This document shows positions 1 through 15,200 of a DNA stretch of 64,000 nt, one piece after another. The position numbers and the translations under genes are program-made. The notes below the pieces were generated by a model. The model was not told where the DNA came from. It saw only the letters and a program-made list of their open reading frames with translations, and did not search any database. The DNA is taken from contig CM120642.1 in assembly GCA_051362555.1 (NCBI GenBank), positions 3,844,001 to 3,908,000 on the forward strand. The letters run 5' to 3'. Every line of letters begins with the position of its first letter. Within the stretch, counting starts at the first letter, position 1. The DNA is from Lingula anatina. Lineage: Eukaryota; Animalia; Brachiopoda.

Positions 1-1884
1 CTGTCACCAGCTCAGCAGAAGTCTAACTTCAATTTTCAACTTTGTACCAGTTCTAAAGCTTGCAAGGTTTCTGAATGAAATTCACCTCTTTGTAGACATC
101 TTCTTACATTATTTTTTATAAAACAATTCAGTTAAATGGGCTACCACTGGAGTGGTGACTACCAGTCATATTAATATGACAATCTGTGAGGTCACTTAAA
201 ATATTTCAAAACGTATGCATGGACCTTTACTATTGGATTTATCATATGTTCTATAAAGCTTCTGATGTAGTCAAGCACATTAACCAGGACACATCAGCTT
301 CCAGGTGAATAAGTTATCAGATCCAGAAACATAAAGCTTGAGTGTTAACATGACATCAGATCCAAGATTGGTTCTATTATTACATGCCAGCCAGCCTTAT
401 CTGTGTTCAACACATAACATCTTTACCTTGTTACAATGTCATCTTTCTTCTGACAGGGTGACACCTAAGATAACCTGCAGTTTTAACTGCCATGGAAAAA
501 TGGTTTACCTAAAAACACCCATCTCTTCTGTCGCCATTTTCAGAACCATAGAAATATTATGCAGAGAGAGGCTTATATATATTTCGTATTAAAAAAGCAA
601 CCTAGACAAACATTTATCAACATTTTACTTTGGAGAGCCAATAAGGCTGACCAACAAGGAATTTTCTCTGCTGTTAATTTCTCTCACACTTCCTCAGAAT
701 TACTTAGACAATTTGTGCAATTAGACAAAAAGTGCACAAGCTTAAGAGATATATTTTCTCCACTATCATCAATGATACACGCGCGGTGACCTGTATGGTA
801 AAAAACTAATAATAGATTCTCATTTGGGCTTTGATATTGCTTTTAATGTGTTATTGATAATGTTGATGTCGCCATTGTAATGGTATGGGAAGATTCTGAC
901 CATGACTTGGAGGCTCTTTATGGTTGATGTAAATCAGTCTTTGCCCAGACAGACTGACTAAAATGTTGCAATAATTAATTCTGTTTTCCTACAGACAGCT
1001 ATAAAACTTCCACTGTGTCACAACATCTGGTGCGACGGGGTCGGTAAGACACCACTCCGCGGTAAGCGTACTTGACACATGTGAATGTAACATACGGACA
1101 ATTTTTTTTCTAATTGAATCAAACTATGCTGAACCTACTGCGACAAGCTGTCCAATATTTAACATAATTGTACAATCATGACAGTAACGTGAGCCATGGT
1201 GGCAGTGACAGCACTGGTAGCATATTTCTTGATTATCAAAATACTGACACTGGTACTCATGAACACAACTATAAATCTTGATGATTTCATAATTACTATT
1301 ATATCATCAAATTGGCCAGCATGAGACACTAAATTAATCACTTTACCATTACTGACTTTCCTTTTTAATTAATTACATTAACAGATGAAAACCAAATCTG
1401 GAAATTTTATGAAAAAATTTTTCATAAACTTCTAATTTCAGAACTAGAAGAGAGGAGTGAAAATTGTTCTCCTAGAGCATTTTTTATGCCTATGTTAACA
1501 TCAAAGTAATCTATCATGTGTGGAGGCAAAGACAGTGTGGACATGGAGGAGGGATCCATCTACCACTAGCTAGACTCTGTTAATTAAACCCACCAAGAGA
1601 TCAATACTCTCTGTTAATGGATCTCTCAGAACCAACCAGTCAAGCAATTATTTCGCAAAAAAAGGGAGGTCTGGAATGTTACTTAAACTTTACTTATATT
1701 AGGTTTCCACCTACGCTAATTATCATCTCTGTGGTAATTTTGAGAATAACACTTCTGCTTCTTTTTTTCTTTCATTTTAAAATAGCATGTTTGAATGTTT
1801 GATCGGACTTCAACCCAAAGGAAGGATAGTGTTAATCAGAAAACTCATTTGCTAATGTACTTCGATGAGCAAAATTCGACTTAC

Positions 1885-1990
1885 CTTGCAAATTTTGCAC
1901 CTACGCTCTCCTCTTCGAACGATGAGCTTGCTGTGACGGCAGAGTCTGGAATGGCACCCGACTGCATACCAAGAGGAACGCGGCAGTTTG
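1885..1990 (-). CDS. DDR: Internal coding exon: N-terminus of a discoidin (F5/8 type C) domain, probably a discoidin domain receptor tyrosine kinase (DDR1/DDR2-like)
   Basis: Minus strand reads tttgttccag|CA AAC TGC ... TTT GCA AG|gtaagtc, with canonical acceptor and donor, 106 bp, phase 1 to phase 2. The peptide NCRVPLGMQSGAIPDSAVTASSSFEEESVGAKFAR matches the C..PLGM.SG.IPD..ITASS...A..AR start of DDR discoidin domains, and the exon ends at the same Arg as I recall for vertebrate DDRs. Another F5/8C protein cannot be excluded from one exon. Confidence 0.8.
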
Positions 1991-4900
1991 CTGGAACAAA
2001 ACGTGAAAAAAGTATGATCATTTTGATTGAAATTGTGAAACTGAGCTGCACTGCAGTTAGTGCATTATTCTGAGAGAAGTAAAAAGTTAAACTTAAGTTA
2101 TTAGGCATTTAACTTTAAGAGTCAAGAATATGGAGATTTTGATCCAACCCCTCTCTCATTCAAGGACTAGCTGTATTAAAAAAATTTGGGAATCTCCAAA
2201 AGGGAATTTTGACACTTTGGCCTTTAAAAAAACAACAGTCATAGCTGTAATGATGTAAGGTTTACTGATTTTTGTTCCAGAATTGAATTATAATTTAAAT
2301 ATATTTATTTTAAAAATCTACAATTTAAGGAAATATGCCACCAATATGTTAACACATGCAACCAGCCTAAACTAGTCATATTCCATCAGAAACATAATGC
2401 CTTGGTCCATTTTCCCATCAGGCCATGGCACAAATCATACACAGCCACTCTCTAATTGATTTCTTATGTTGCCCAATACATACAAGGGCTACGGCAACAT
2501 TTAGCCAATATTAAAACTCTTTCTCTCTTCTAAACACACAAATCCCCCTGCACTGCTTTTATAGACCTTCTTGTTCAGTCCCTCCCTGACCCAAACTCCC
2601 CACGTTCCGAACAACAGAGGCCCACACAGCCGAGACGAATTTCAATAATACCATACTAATGATTAAACAAACACAAGAAACATTATAAAAACAGGCAAAT
2701 AATAGCAGAATTGCCGGCATCTAATTAAGCATGGACTTGCGACTGACTTGATTAATTTAAGCCGTGTTTTGATATCAACAGTGGTGTATTTATTTTCTAG
2801 AACGCCACCAGACCTATTTAGTACAGTTACCTTTTTCACGGTCAAAAGCTGATTAGACTAAAATTTAGGAGGAAAACCTGCTAGCGCACCCATGTATTAT
2901 AAACTATACAAATATTCATTCCATACAAACTCGCAGGTTTTTTGGATTGAAAATCCTGAATAGGAGGTAATATGAATAGCTTATTAGTGCGCTTGAACGA
3001 CTCATTTATACAAGAAGGTGAAATTTCATAAAAGAAACATGTCAACCAGAAGATGAACTGAAATCTTTTCAGACCAGGGGCGTTTTTTTTAGCCAAGCTC
3101 TTTCCCTGGTTGTCATTTACAAGGGTCGCTCATTTTTTCCTCGAAATATAAAACACAATAAAAACTTGGAAGTAAATGTCAGTCGAAAGAACTAATATGG
3201 AATTCATTTACATACAGTTGTGACTTCATGCTATTAATGCCCAGGTAATATGATCTGTTAGGGCCTAGGAGTACAATGCTTGCCAACACGAGTAATATTC
3301 CACGACCTTTTGTGCTGGCTTAATGCTATACTACCATACTACATCACACCCAGGATGACCGTTAACAATGTCCACTACTACTACTACACAATGATTTATA
3401 TACATTTAATTACTTTATTTCCTACTGGCCACAATAGAATAATAACTGTGGTTGCAACATTGGAGAAATATCGGAACAAAATCTGTGCTCAAAACAGCAA
3501 ATACTTGTCTCATGATTTTCATCGGAAAAATGCTCTCCCCACTTTCTGTTCATTTTTAGCCTTGCTGGTAGATTTTTGACATGGGAGAGCCATGAAAATG
3601 TGAATTTATATCCATTTTCACACAGAGCAGAAGGCAATCAGTAATGATATTGGAACTAAAAACATTTAACAATGTCAAAACACAATCACACCCGCCTCCT
3701 CTGGACAATGACAAATGCTACTGCACACTTTACGAGCCAAAGCATCTCATTAATTTTCCTCGGTCTCTGAAAGTGATGGAAGTACGAAGTACAGCCCTGT
3801 GAAACTTTTATGACACGTGGACTACAAAACTTAACGCATATCTCATTTGTCATGTAGATGAACTGAAGTAGGAAGATAAAATATTGACTGGAGTCTACTA
3901 TTAAGTATACTTCATAGTGCTTTCTCCGCGGTATCAGAGTGGAAATCGGGGATTGCAGCATTGTCTAATATTCTCTCTGGCGTGTAAAGGCCTATATTGA
4001 TCAAATTCATCTTTGTACCATTCTCCTAAGAGTTATGACTTTTTACTTGAAGGCTAAAATGATGGGACTTTCTAAAAGATGCCTGAAACATGATTAATTG
4101 TTTTTATATTGATAAACTGTATTCTCCTGATTTGCCTCATGCTTTTTTTTCAGTGTGTTCAACATGTACTGTTTGTATTGACTTCTGAGCTGGAATCCCA
4201 GCCAGCACATATGTCAGTCTCTCATATTGGATCATCCACGCCAGTGAACAGCATGAAAAAACCATACACAATGCTGATAATGGGGCATAACTGTGATCCC
4301 TTTTTTCTTCATGGTATTTTGCTTTAGAACAACTAAGATAATTTCTCATAAAAATTCTATTATCAAAATTCTATTTCTCCTGCATAATGAACGGAATAGA
4401 GTGGATTCAATATCAGAATTCTGAATATTCATAACATGTAATTGACTTCCTGTGAGAAGTATTTTTTTTTATTTTAAATTGGCTCTGTTAAAAGTTTGGA
4501 TAATATATGTATCCGTCTACCCAATTATCTTCACAAAGGGCCTACAGTCTTCCTTTAATACCTAAATTTCTTTTTTCATTTTTTTTGCAATCTTCTGTTC
4601 TTTTTAAAGACCAATATCTCACTTTTATTTTTGGCGTGTCTGCTTTGCAGCCTGATTAAGATGATAAGACACGCAACCACAGGCTAAATTTTTCTGTCGC
4701 TTTCAAACAACTTTCATAAACACCCTGTGCATCATGTTGCCAATTTAGTAGAGGAATAAGCAGGAAGGTTTATTTCTATGAAGCAATGGCCTCCACTATA
4801 AATTCTTTATATCAGTTTGCTGGCCACAGTGGCTGACTCCATGGAAACCATCAAAAGGATGCATTACGCTCAGTGAAACTCAAGTCCAGTGCAAACTTAT

Positions 4901-6228
4901 CAACAGCAGTTAAAAAACCATTACCACAAAGTTATAGTACTTAACTACTGAATAATGTTAATCAGGTTTTGTGGTTAGGGTTTTTGGGTGGTTGAAGCAA
5001 CATTTTTCTAGCCTGTGTCATGTGCAATTTAGTGAACTGATCTAAATACCCTATGCTCTGAAAAAAAAAAAAAAAAAACTGCCAGATGGCTCAACTACAA
5101 ATATACGCCAAACATGCAGAAGTCAGGAGGCAGGGCTGTACTAGGGGCAAAGCTGCAATGCAAAACACACTGAAAACCCAGATGCTTTGCCCCTGTGAAC
5201 TTTCAAGCAGCTCATAAGATACCTAGCTTGTTTATAACTTACAGGTAACAAGATAACAAAATTCCTCGAAGAGAGGCCCTTGTGGCATCAAGGATGTGCT
5301 CACAACTGATCTAACTTAAACATGAAACAGTCTAAACGACATTATCAAACAACCTGGTTGTACAGGGATCCCCACCTTGCCACCCTGAGTTTCAGAGATA
5401 ATAGAGAACCTTCACAGTTAGAGTGATGCTGAAGGTCAATTTCCAGTTATCACTGAGACTAAGGGTGCACCAACCACATATTTTAGTTCAAGTTACTCCA
5501 GTTGTGACAGGTAACTGAGGTGCCCCTATAGCAACTACTTGTAGAAGAAAACTGCCTTTGCTCGACCAGTTAAGCGAGGAATAATAAATCGTCGTTGTTA
5601 TTCATCCCATCATCACATTGGCTCATGAGGAGACATGCTATCATCACATTAACCTAACATCTCATAAAGATGTCTCTATTATAACCAGGCATTTTGCTAC
5701 ATGGTTCCGTCACAGGTATGCTGAGTGAACACGCTGAACACAGGGCAAATAAATGGCAGCTGCACATGCGATGACAAATATTTGCTGTACGGTCTAGGTG
5801 ATATTTGTATTGGAAGAAATTACCAATGTATGAGACCATAAGCGGATCTCTTTTCTCACTTTTCCCCCCTTGTTAATACCCTCAGGTGCCATACTCTCTG
5901 ATCTTTCCTTGGTATGCAATCTAGGGTTCACATTAAGCAGCCTTAGAGGCTCATCTATTCATGAATACACTTTATCTTGCACGATGGAAATATGTACACA
6001 TATTCCGCCTAGGGGAAATATGGGCAATAACCATATTGGTAAAGGAATATATTTATATTCTCCTCAATAGAGTGCTTACCATAAACTGAATTAAGGATAT
6101 AGATTGATGATTCACTGACCTCATAAATTTAGTATTATCACGACGTCTACTAATTTTCCACTCGTAAGTAGATGATGTATTATCCACTTCTTGATCCCTA
6201 GCATGTTTTCTACTTTGTAAAGGCTTAA

Positions 6229-6421
6229 GGGGTACAGGGGTTATAAATGATGAATGGCAAAAAATAAATTACAACATATTTAACCAAAATGTTATCTACG
6301 CAAAATTCTACCTTATTTTCATTGAAGAAGAGAAGGATGAAAACATGATTTTCAGGTGCCATTCAAAATCAAAAATAAACTGAAGAACTAAAAACCTACA
6401 AAATTGAACCTCTGTACCATT
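6229..6421. mobile_element. Decayed MITE, possibly Kolobok-type
   Basis: TTAA (6225-6228) is followed by GGGGTACAGGGGTT. About 190 bp later AACCTCTGTACCAT forms an imperfect inverted copy. The right-hand TTAA is not intact. Confidence 0.4.
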
Positions 6422-7917
6422 TTCAATTATTTAACTAAGTAATTCAGAATTTCATGAAAGAAACTATTCCCATAAATCCATTTAGTAAATACCGGCAAAG
6501 AAAATATCAAACTGTTTCATTTCTAACCTCTTCCCTTGTACTCTGGCTTTCTACTCACCATATTTATTACAATTTCCAGGTTTCAAACTCAGTAGCACAA
6601 GCCCAAGGGCCAGAGCCAGCTGTATTTCCTCCTTTAATCTCCACATTCTGTTTACAAACTATGTACATCAGCGGTAGACAGCACAGTAAACACACGTTTC
6701 TTTTCTAATTGGATATCAAATATATCTGACATTCCACAGGACTCAAGTTCAGTGAGTTCGTAAGTGCACGAGGCACTGTCTTTAACTTTCCCTCAGTTCC
6801 TTTACTTAATGAGTAGATATTCCGTATCTCTAACACACCACTATTCCTCCGGCTTCCTGAGCCCACTGGTCCATTATCCAATTTGTGTCAATCTCTCCCC
6901 AACTTTATGAGAGCTGTCTCCCAGTTAGCGTGACAGTGGCTGCTTTGTTACACTGCCTGCCACGGCTTTCCTCACTAATGTGTTCACTCAGGTGTCCGCT
7001 GCCCCCTGTCAGTAAAAGGGGGAGCCACAAGCTGTCGGCACCTCTGTGTGTGGAATACTACAGTGACTGCCTGTCTTCACCTCAGGTTTCAATCCAGGCA
7101 ACTTCCTAATCATAAAACCAGTGTTGAATCCACAAGTATTTCAAGCTGACTCCTGTGCTTCAGCAGAGACCTCTATGTTTTAGTATGGCCACTGTAAATT
7201 GGCTTTTCCTTTTGTAAAGCAGTTCCCTAAAGCTGATTCAAGTTGTAATGTTCTCTATCTTCTGCCCATCAATATACAAACTGAGCACCCTGTGGGTGAA
7301 GGGGTGTTTTTAAAACTGAAATGGAATCCGTGACACACGGGTTTGTAACAGTGCAGCTTCTGTGACTTGTACAAGAAGTGTGCTGAGTGTCAACAATACA
7401 GAGCTGACTATTGGGTAACTTATGCCAGCTCAGGAGAATGGAGAGAGAAATGCGGGTATTTTGATAACCGTTTCATGAAATGGTTGTGTCCTTGTCACAG
7501 TCTAAGCAAGGTGTGACAAAGCACAATACGACCTCAACCACAGTGTTGCTTTTGTCTGCCTGGATCAACAAACAGAAATTTTGGGATATTTACTTTGTTA
7601 TCAATTGCTGACGGCAAATTATGAAAGGTTTTTTCACAACCTGTCACCCCTCAACTAGGTAATACTTCCTCCCAGTCCAGCATGACAAGAGAAGTCCCTC
7701 CACACAAAACCTTTCATATCACATACCAATGAAATTACTAATGAAAGACTCAGGAAGTGTAAACCCTCCTCGTGTCAAATTTGGGAAAATATTTCGTCTG
7801 TCTCGCTAGCCAATTACAAAATCAACTTAAATCACAGGTTGAATTTTCTCTTGACTTTTTCCACCCCAGAAGAAGGCCACCCATACCACGACAACAAAAG
7901 AAATGACAATGATCTAC

Positions 7918-8138
7918 AAGCTGTCATTGTTCAAGAACATAACCCCTTTCAGTCACTCCCTTTAATTTTGTTCAATTATCTAAAATGTGTGTTTTGGAGG
8001 CGGTCCCTCAATGGGATGCGAGGAAGACTTTCTGTGAGTCGTCAACATGGATGATAATAATAAGCTGTTCTTGTCAAAGACCATAACACTTTCTGGTCAC
8101 TCCCTTTAATTTTGTTCAATTATCTAAAATGTATGTTT
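7918..8138. repeat. Local direct duplication (about 75-80 bp, about 145 bp apart)
   Basis: GTCACTCCCTTTAATTTTGTTCAATTATCTAAAATGT occurs at about 7952 and about 8096, each preceded by a similar AAGCTGT..TTGT..AAGA.CATAAC flank. Confidence 0.85.
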
Positions 8139-10201
8139 AACAAAGTGGTAATAAAACATTAAACAGGTCACACAGATAAGGTATTTTAAAGCAGAGACGG
8201 GGGGGGGGGGGGGGTCACCTGGAGAAAGCAATCAAGGCACAGGTAGAAATAAATAATGACTGAGAAATAAAGGACAAACTGATAAGCAAAAGGGAGCACT
8301 CTACATTAATCAATGGAGTAAATATGTCATCAACAAAGAAAGGACAATCCATATCCATCATACCTGTGTGTGAGGGTGCTTTGAAGGACAGTAACAATGA
8401 CAATTTCATTTCTATTGTCATCATAGGAAGTGGCCATTCCACAACAAGATGAAGATCACCCAAGTGAGCTTTTACATTAGCCTCCCCTTTATATACCTAT
8501 TATCATTTAATACCCGCAGGAGGCATAAAAATATTCTGCCCACAAAATAGTAATTACAGTCATCACAGTGAATGTTTTATTCCTCTTTCTTGTCCATAAG
8601 CAAAGATTTAACTCCAATTTAAGAAAGTCCACTGGTAAGTGGGGTTTATTCATAGGATATTAAGCTGATAATATCTATGAAAAACAGAGTATACCTTCAA
8701 CATGAGAGAGGGATAATGTCCTGCATCAGCTATCAGCCAGCGATGTAAACATTTGCCGTGTATCTGCCAGGTTCATTTCAATGTTTATGCAGAAGGGAAA
8801 GAAATGAGAAAGTTTGGCCATTTTCAAAGCAAAATTCCCAGTTGGTGTTTTCAAGCAAACATGCCGTTTCTCGCATACTAAGTTAAATGTTTAAACAGCC
8901 AAAATAACAGGAAATGGCACGTGATGATAATAATATCAGAAATCAGAAATTCAATGTCATTTTTTAAAATATTAGATGGCATAGATGCACCACAGCATGA
9001 TTTACCAATGATGGTATCTGGATATTGGGATAAGGAATTTGTTTCACTTCATCAACACAAAAATTAGTTTTTTACTAGAAATTCTAATGGAAAAAAAATC
9101 TAGATTTTTCCAAATGGCAGTCTAAATGGGGTATAATATAAAAAGTGAACCATCTGCTGAGACATCTGTAACAGACACTTGAATATGAAACTGTAGCAAG
9201 CTGGCAATGATGACCAGGCTATAAAAATATATATAAAATTTCCATTCATAAGTTATGTAATGAAAAAGAAGTAAGGGGGGAGGGGCGGAGTTAACTTCAG
9301 GTGTGTTTCCAGTTTCAGGTCAAGCAATCAACTGACTGATAGCAATACACTACTATCACATTGTACAATATCCAATTTAATGTTTCAAAAACTATGTTCG
9401 CATGCATAACAATAAACTATACAGGGGCTGTGAAAAGTAAATCACTGGCAAACTTTAAATGTCTGTCATATAAATGGCCCATAATTCATACCAGATTATC
9501 CCTGCAGGTGGCTAATTATTTATTCATATCAATCCAAGGTGCTGGGGAAGTCTGCGTAATCCGACAGCAGATCTCTAGAGCAATAATTCATAGTGAAACG
9601 TGTACCACTGTGTCCAATTCCACGTATTAAATCAGAATGCAGGTTTGTGAAACCAGGGAGAAAATGTCTTTGTTAACCTTTATAATAAATTTCCAAATGG
9701 CTTGGATGTTATTGAGATCCCTGCGCTGATAATGTGGCATTTTGTATAAATATTATTTTCTCTTTTTTCATGTCAACACATTGAAAGGATGGGAATAGAC
9801 GGCAAATCAAAATTGACCAAAAGCTGCAAAAAATTGTTGGTCGTGTAATTTTCTACTGGATACAATATGTTTTTCCACTTTCAAAATGTGTTCATGTTTC
9901 TGTATGTGCACACCTAAATGATGCAGCCAGAGAGTTATATAACCTACAGTAGCACTTGCCCAATCACCGCATCAACAAACAAACCTATCACAAAAGTCAA
10001 CAAAAGAATTTCTCAAATAAATAAACAAGAACAAAATTTGATCTGAGCATATGAGCAATCACAACAGAGATAAGGTGCCAGTCTAATCAAAATAATTCTG
10101 GTGGCAAATTACCTTATTTTATACACTTTCTAATTACACCACAATTCATGTCATGGGAATTCTTCATCAAACAAAAGCAGTGGCAGGTTGCAAATGCCCA
10201 A

Positions 10202-10248
10202 GGGGGGGGGGGGGGGGGGGGGGGGGGAAGGGAGAGAGAGAGAGAGAG
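10202..10248. repeat. Poly-G tract (26 G) followed by (GA)n
   Basis: Directly visible. Confidence 0.95.
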
Positions 10249-12213
10249 TCTGTAGAGTCTGATCAGTTGTAATTTCCATTAATTCAGAAAAATTACAAAC
10301 TTCTTCAAATTTAGTATCAAACAATTTTTAAGTAATCTTGCCATAACATGTTTCTTATATTTTTTTTATGATTGAAAATACCTCTTCTTATTAAGAGAGT
10401 CAAACTGAAAAGGGAAAGAGGAGACCTCAATAAAATTCGACCAAAGTTTATTCCAATATGATCACTTGACATTCTCATTTCTGAATGAAGGAGTGAAGAA
10501 AGGATAACAGCCAGAATAGTCACCAGGGAAGCACTTGGCCGAACAGCTTCATGATAAATCAGCTCATAATCGGCAGTGAAGACTCCCTATCTACCTGGGA
10601 AATTACCACCATTGTTCCTATCTCTTTTATCTGACCACTGAACGGAGGTGTGCTGCCGCCCATTACACCAGCCACATCAGACCAGATCAGTAGCCTGGTT
10701 TTGTTTATACTAGTTATTAGTCCACTCGCCTGACCATCACTTTCACCCAGTGCACATGATAATGACCATGTCCAGTAGACTTTCCCTGGCCTCCTCTTTG
10801 ATGTTCACCATAGGGGGTTTTCACATAAAACTCACTTAGGCCCATTTTGCATTGATCTTTGCCATAAAAAGATCCTGTCCGACATTGGTGATTGCAATTA
10901 ACCTGTTTGGTACACAGCATGGGTGCAGGAAATTAATCACCCATCAACAATTAATGTTGACTCATTGCTTTATCAACATGCTGTGCATCTTGTGTGTTAA
11001 TTGCAATCAACTCAGGTAAGCTAGTTCAGACTTGAACCACTTCAGACTGTAATAAGTTCCAAAATGTGTCATATTAAGACAAAGGTAATAGTGGTCTGGA
11101 CTTTTTTATTCTTTGTTAAAAATCTAGTTGCCTAACACCACATCATCACAACCCCCCCCCCCCCCCCATCCCCTAACCCAAAACCAGTAACTCAAGAATA
11201 TTTGTTTCATGGACCCCACCTAGACATATCACAAAGCAAGAAGCATGGCCCAGGTAGAAGGTTTGGGACAAGTTTATTACTTCTTCCCAACTCCTCTTCC
11301 TGATGACCACCCAGAATAGTTCTTTACCTGGAGTAATTAACTGGAAGGGTTTTTTTTCTAGAATCATTCCCATCTGTGAATCATTCTCATCCATAGTGTA
11401 GCAGCTCTTACTAGATTTATTCTTGCTGCAGCAGACCAATATTTTTGCATAAATCTCATATGAAAGGTGAATTAGGACTACCTTGTGTAACTGAACACTT
11501 GCGTGTTTCAGGTGTTTACAACCCCTGCCACAAGATTTGGAGATAAAATTTTACATTAAAACATTAAAAGGAAAAAATGAAGTTATTTGATAAACATGAG
11601 CTACCTTTTCTCCTTTCTAAAAAAACTGATCATATGACAAACATCTTTTACAAAATTTTATTAAATGATTTCATATTTCATCACAGAGCTAAATTAACAC
11701 TTGCAAGTACTCAAAATCATTGCTTTCGTTGACTCAGCACAGATTTATAATTGAAAAGAGATAATCTTTCTCATATCTCTAATATATAATCCTCTCCGTA
11801 GGCATAATGCACTATGTGACTGGTGATCAGTCATCGCAGAGTAATATCCACCATAGTGGACACTCACTGGACACTGAGTGGACATATCTCTTCTTCTCAA
11901 GTATGCTTGGACTTAGCATGAGAGGGAAGAGGACAAAGGACTGAGCTGTCTAAGACGGGGGACTTGGTACAGGTTAGGCAGGAAACCCCTGTAAGATGAT
12001 GGCAGACATGCTACATACAAAAGAAGGGAATTTAAAACCATGGTGGTCCTCTCTCCACCAATACACAAGAGAAAGAATTTGGATATTTGCCCATTTAAAT
12101 AATTTCAGTCCACTGATTATCAGGCCTTTGGCCAGTTATTTCAAAAGAATTCTTTTCTGTAAATGTGGAGCTTTCGTCCCCAACTTAGTTGACCCAATGT
12201 GAAAAATGGCTCA

Positions 12214-12275
12214 TAGCCTAGTCAAATTTTGATTAAGAGAAAGCTAGCCTAGATCAAATTTTGATTAAGAGTAGA
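12214..12275. repeat. Tandem duplication of a unit of about 31 bp (2 copies)
   Basis: TAGCCTAG(A)TCAAATTTTGATTAAGAG occurs twice head-to-tail. Confidence 0.85.
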
Positions 12276-15200
12276 CTATTTCCAACCAAAAGGGTCATTC
12301 TTTCAAACCCTCACCCCAAACCATGCTGTCAATGCACCCAGATAATTGCAATCTGTATCATGTTTGTGTCTAAACTAAAATGATTTGACCACCTTTGACT
12401 TGAATCATAATATGTGAATAAATCTTAAAGCCAATGTCTCAATGCATGTAACTCTGAGAGCACAGAGGTCTTCACTTTCTTATCTTCATTCAAAAACCCA
12501 GCAAGGTGAGAGCAGGTAAAACGTAGCTAAGATTTATGGTCAGTACACAGCATGGGATCTGTATCTGATAGAAAGACCAGCGGTCATTCCTTGGTCATCA
12601 GTGGTCAGAATCCATGCACACGTCCAGTTGTCACCCGCCTTTAATCAGTGGAAGTAGCTGTAGCGCTGATGCACTGATAACAGCCAATTTACATATTCAT
12701 CATTTCATCATCAGAGGCCATTAAAGTCCAATATGTCCATTGTGATGCTTAGATAGGGTAATAGGGAAGCTGGTTTTGAATTTATTCAATTATTTCAAAT
12801 GAGCCCTTAATGTGGCAAAGGTCACTTTATGGTCAATTGAAGGAATTAGTCTGATTTGCTGTACATCAAGGCTGACAGGTCAGGAAATTCAAAGGTAATG
12901 TTTTAGGTAACAGTTGGCAAAGTTTTGGATGACTTAATTTTGATATATGGAGGTAGAACTAAATGGATTAGGAACAAAGCAGAGAAATTAAATGCCAGAT
13001 TGTCTAAATAAACTTTTTTGTGTGTCAGTTTATTCTGCTGAAAATATACCTTGTCGCATCCCCCATCTATTTATTTATTTATTTGGTTTTTTATTTTTAT
13101 GTTGACAGAAACAACTAAGAAATGTAACCACTGTTTATTCAGAGATGAGATTCTCCATCACAGCACTTGGATATATTCTGAACACACATAACAACTGTCT
13201 TCCCTCTCTATTTCTACTCATTTCTTTACTATCTCTGCTACCCGGGGGCTGAGAACTTCACTTAACTTTCATCATATTTATTGACAGACCACTGCTCCCC
13301 TTAAGTGGATTTTAATCACTTGTTCAAGTAGGTTCCAACCCTCTTGTTTATTTAATAAACATCCCATTATCCTGGACCCTACCAGATGGGTCTTGTGATA
13401 TAATACTTGCATAATGCTATCTGGTCCTCGGCAGAAAGTGTTTTAACCTACTAGTTCAACAAGTGCCAGAGATGAAGTGGAGGCAATACTTGGAAACATT
13501 ATGTTAATTAATATCACATTAATATACACATTATATTATCATGATGAGCCAACATGGGGAACCAAATGAGGGAAACTTTGAATGGATTCATTCTAATGGC
13601 TTAATCTCTATTCAAATGGTGCTTGAACAGGCGCCACATTTTATTTTAAGTACAGTCACTATGGAAATTTGGCAAGTAAAATGCCGTCAAGCAGGATGAA
13701 TCATGAAAATTGGTGTCTATTCTTTAATGGCCCATGCACAAACAGATTTTCTTTTTTTTTTTTATTTTAACACAATGTCATCTAGGAGTATTTGGAAATG
13801 TAGTGGCAATAGTGGTTTTTATCCCTCATCCCTCAATATGACTTCTTTACATTTTTTTTGTCCTATTAAATTGGTTCAAATGGACTGGTTGGCAACATTT
13901 TACATTTTTATTTTAAATGTTCCAACAGCGACCAAAATCAAGTCATTAAGAGATCACTTCACCCCCTGGGCCTAGAGGTTATTTGTCCCAGGGAGCCTCT
14001 TATTTTGATTCCAGATGGAAGCGTCTTCAGTTTTCAGTGATGGAGGGTCAGATAATAAAACTACCATCAAGTTATGTCACAATAAGGTCTCCTGTATCAA
14101 GACACTTTTAGGACCCCAAATGCTTCTTCTTTATAGCAATAGATAACAATGCATAAAAGGTGAGAATCTTCCATTTTCTTGTTTCATAAAAACTTTTTCT
14201 TGTCACAGTGGATGCTTTTTGTTACTTTTTTTACCCTCTTTTTTCATTTAATGCAACTCCTGGTTTCTCCGTCAACTTGACTTTCACTAATCACCATCTT
14301 TCTATTTAATTTTATACCAACAAAATTCTTCAAATGTCTTGTCTGCCCCCTAGATTTACATCGCTACTCAATCTGAACACTAAGAAAACAAATTAACGGG
14401 ACCCCTGATATGAATACTTTTTAAGAAAAACAACGAAACATTCGGCTTAACTCCAGAAGGCCTCATTCATCGGTGTAATAATTTCTCCTTCCTCACGTCT
14501 GCTGTCCTCAGGTTACAGGAAATCAAACTACTTAAAATTTCAAGGATTCCAAATCAATTCTACCACAAAAAGTCAGGTAGTGCTAAAAACGCCTCCTTTC
14601 TGGTGTACAGTTTCCAAAGTGCCATCGCCTGAGCCAAATGACACCACCAAAACACTACCAAATATGGCTACTCCCCTGAATCTTTATGTCACCCTGCATC
14701 AAGCCAGTAGTTCATTCACCAACCCACTAAAAATTGTGCCTGAATGTCAAGTTGGGTTATGAGCTTAAGAGTAATTGAGAGAATTCACAATACTGAAATC
14801 CTGCCTTCAAAGCTCACTGCATTTTTGTAAGAAGAAAAATCACCCTGATAAAGGTTCTGTCGAGTTGGGTTTGTTGGGGCGGCAGTTATCATGTCTTCCC
14901 ACTGGGAAAATGTGCACATTTTACAAATGGACTGTCAAACCTTGTAAATGTGGGGCACACAGTTGCCAACTGTCCCGGATTATCTGGGAGAAACCTGCAT
15001 TTTAATTAAGCATCTGACAATGAAGTCTGGCTTAAACCTTTCTAATAAAATACTGAAAGTACTTATTGACACCATGCTTGATATTTGTCACCGTCCCAAT
15101 TCTAGTTACACTCATTGTTTCCTGACCCTGTTTTTTAGAATTAAGACCAGTTCCCATTTCCAATTTACAAACATTCTTCACCAAAAAAACATAATACAAT

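Noticed and set aside
995-1061. Possible plus-strand exon (ttttcctacag|...CG|gtaagc)
   Set aside because: The translation is unrecognisable and no partner exons were found; such splice-like pairs are expected by chance.
989-1062. Minus-strand peptide AEWCLTDPVAPDVVTQW resembling the next DDR exon (GAWCP..PV.PD)
   Set aside because: It hits a stop a few codons later, lacks the LQIDL/TQGR motifs and has no suitable acceptor; probably coincidence.
11305-11313. Perfect Gli consensus GACCACCCA
   Set aside because: A single 9-mer is not significant in a window this size.
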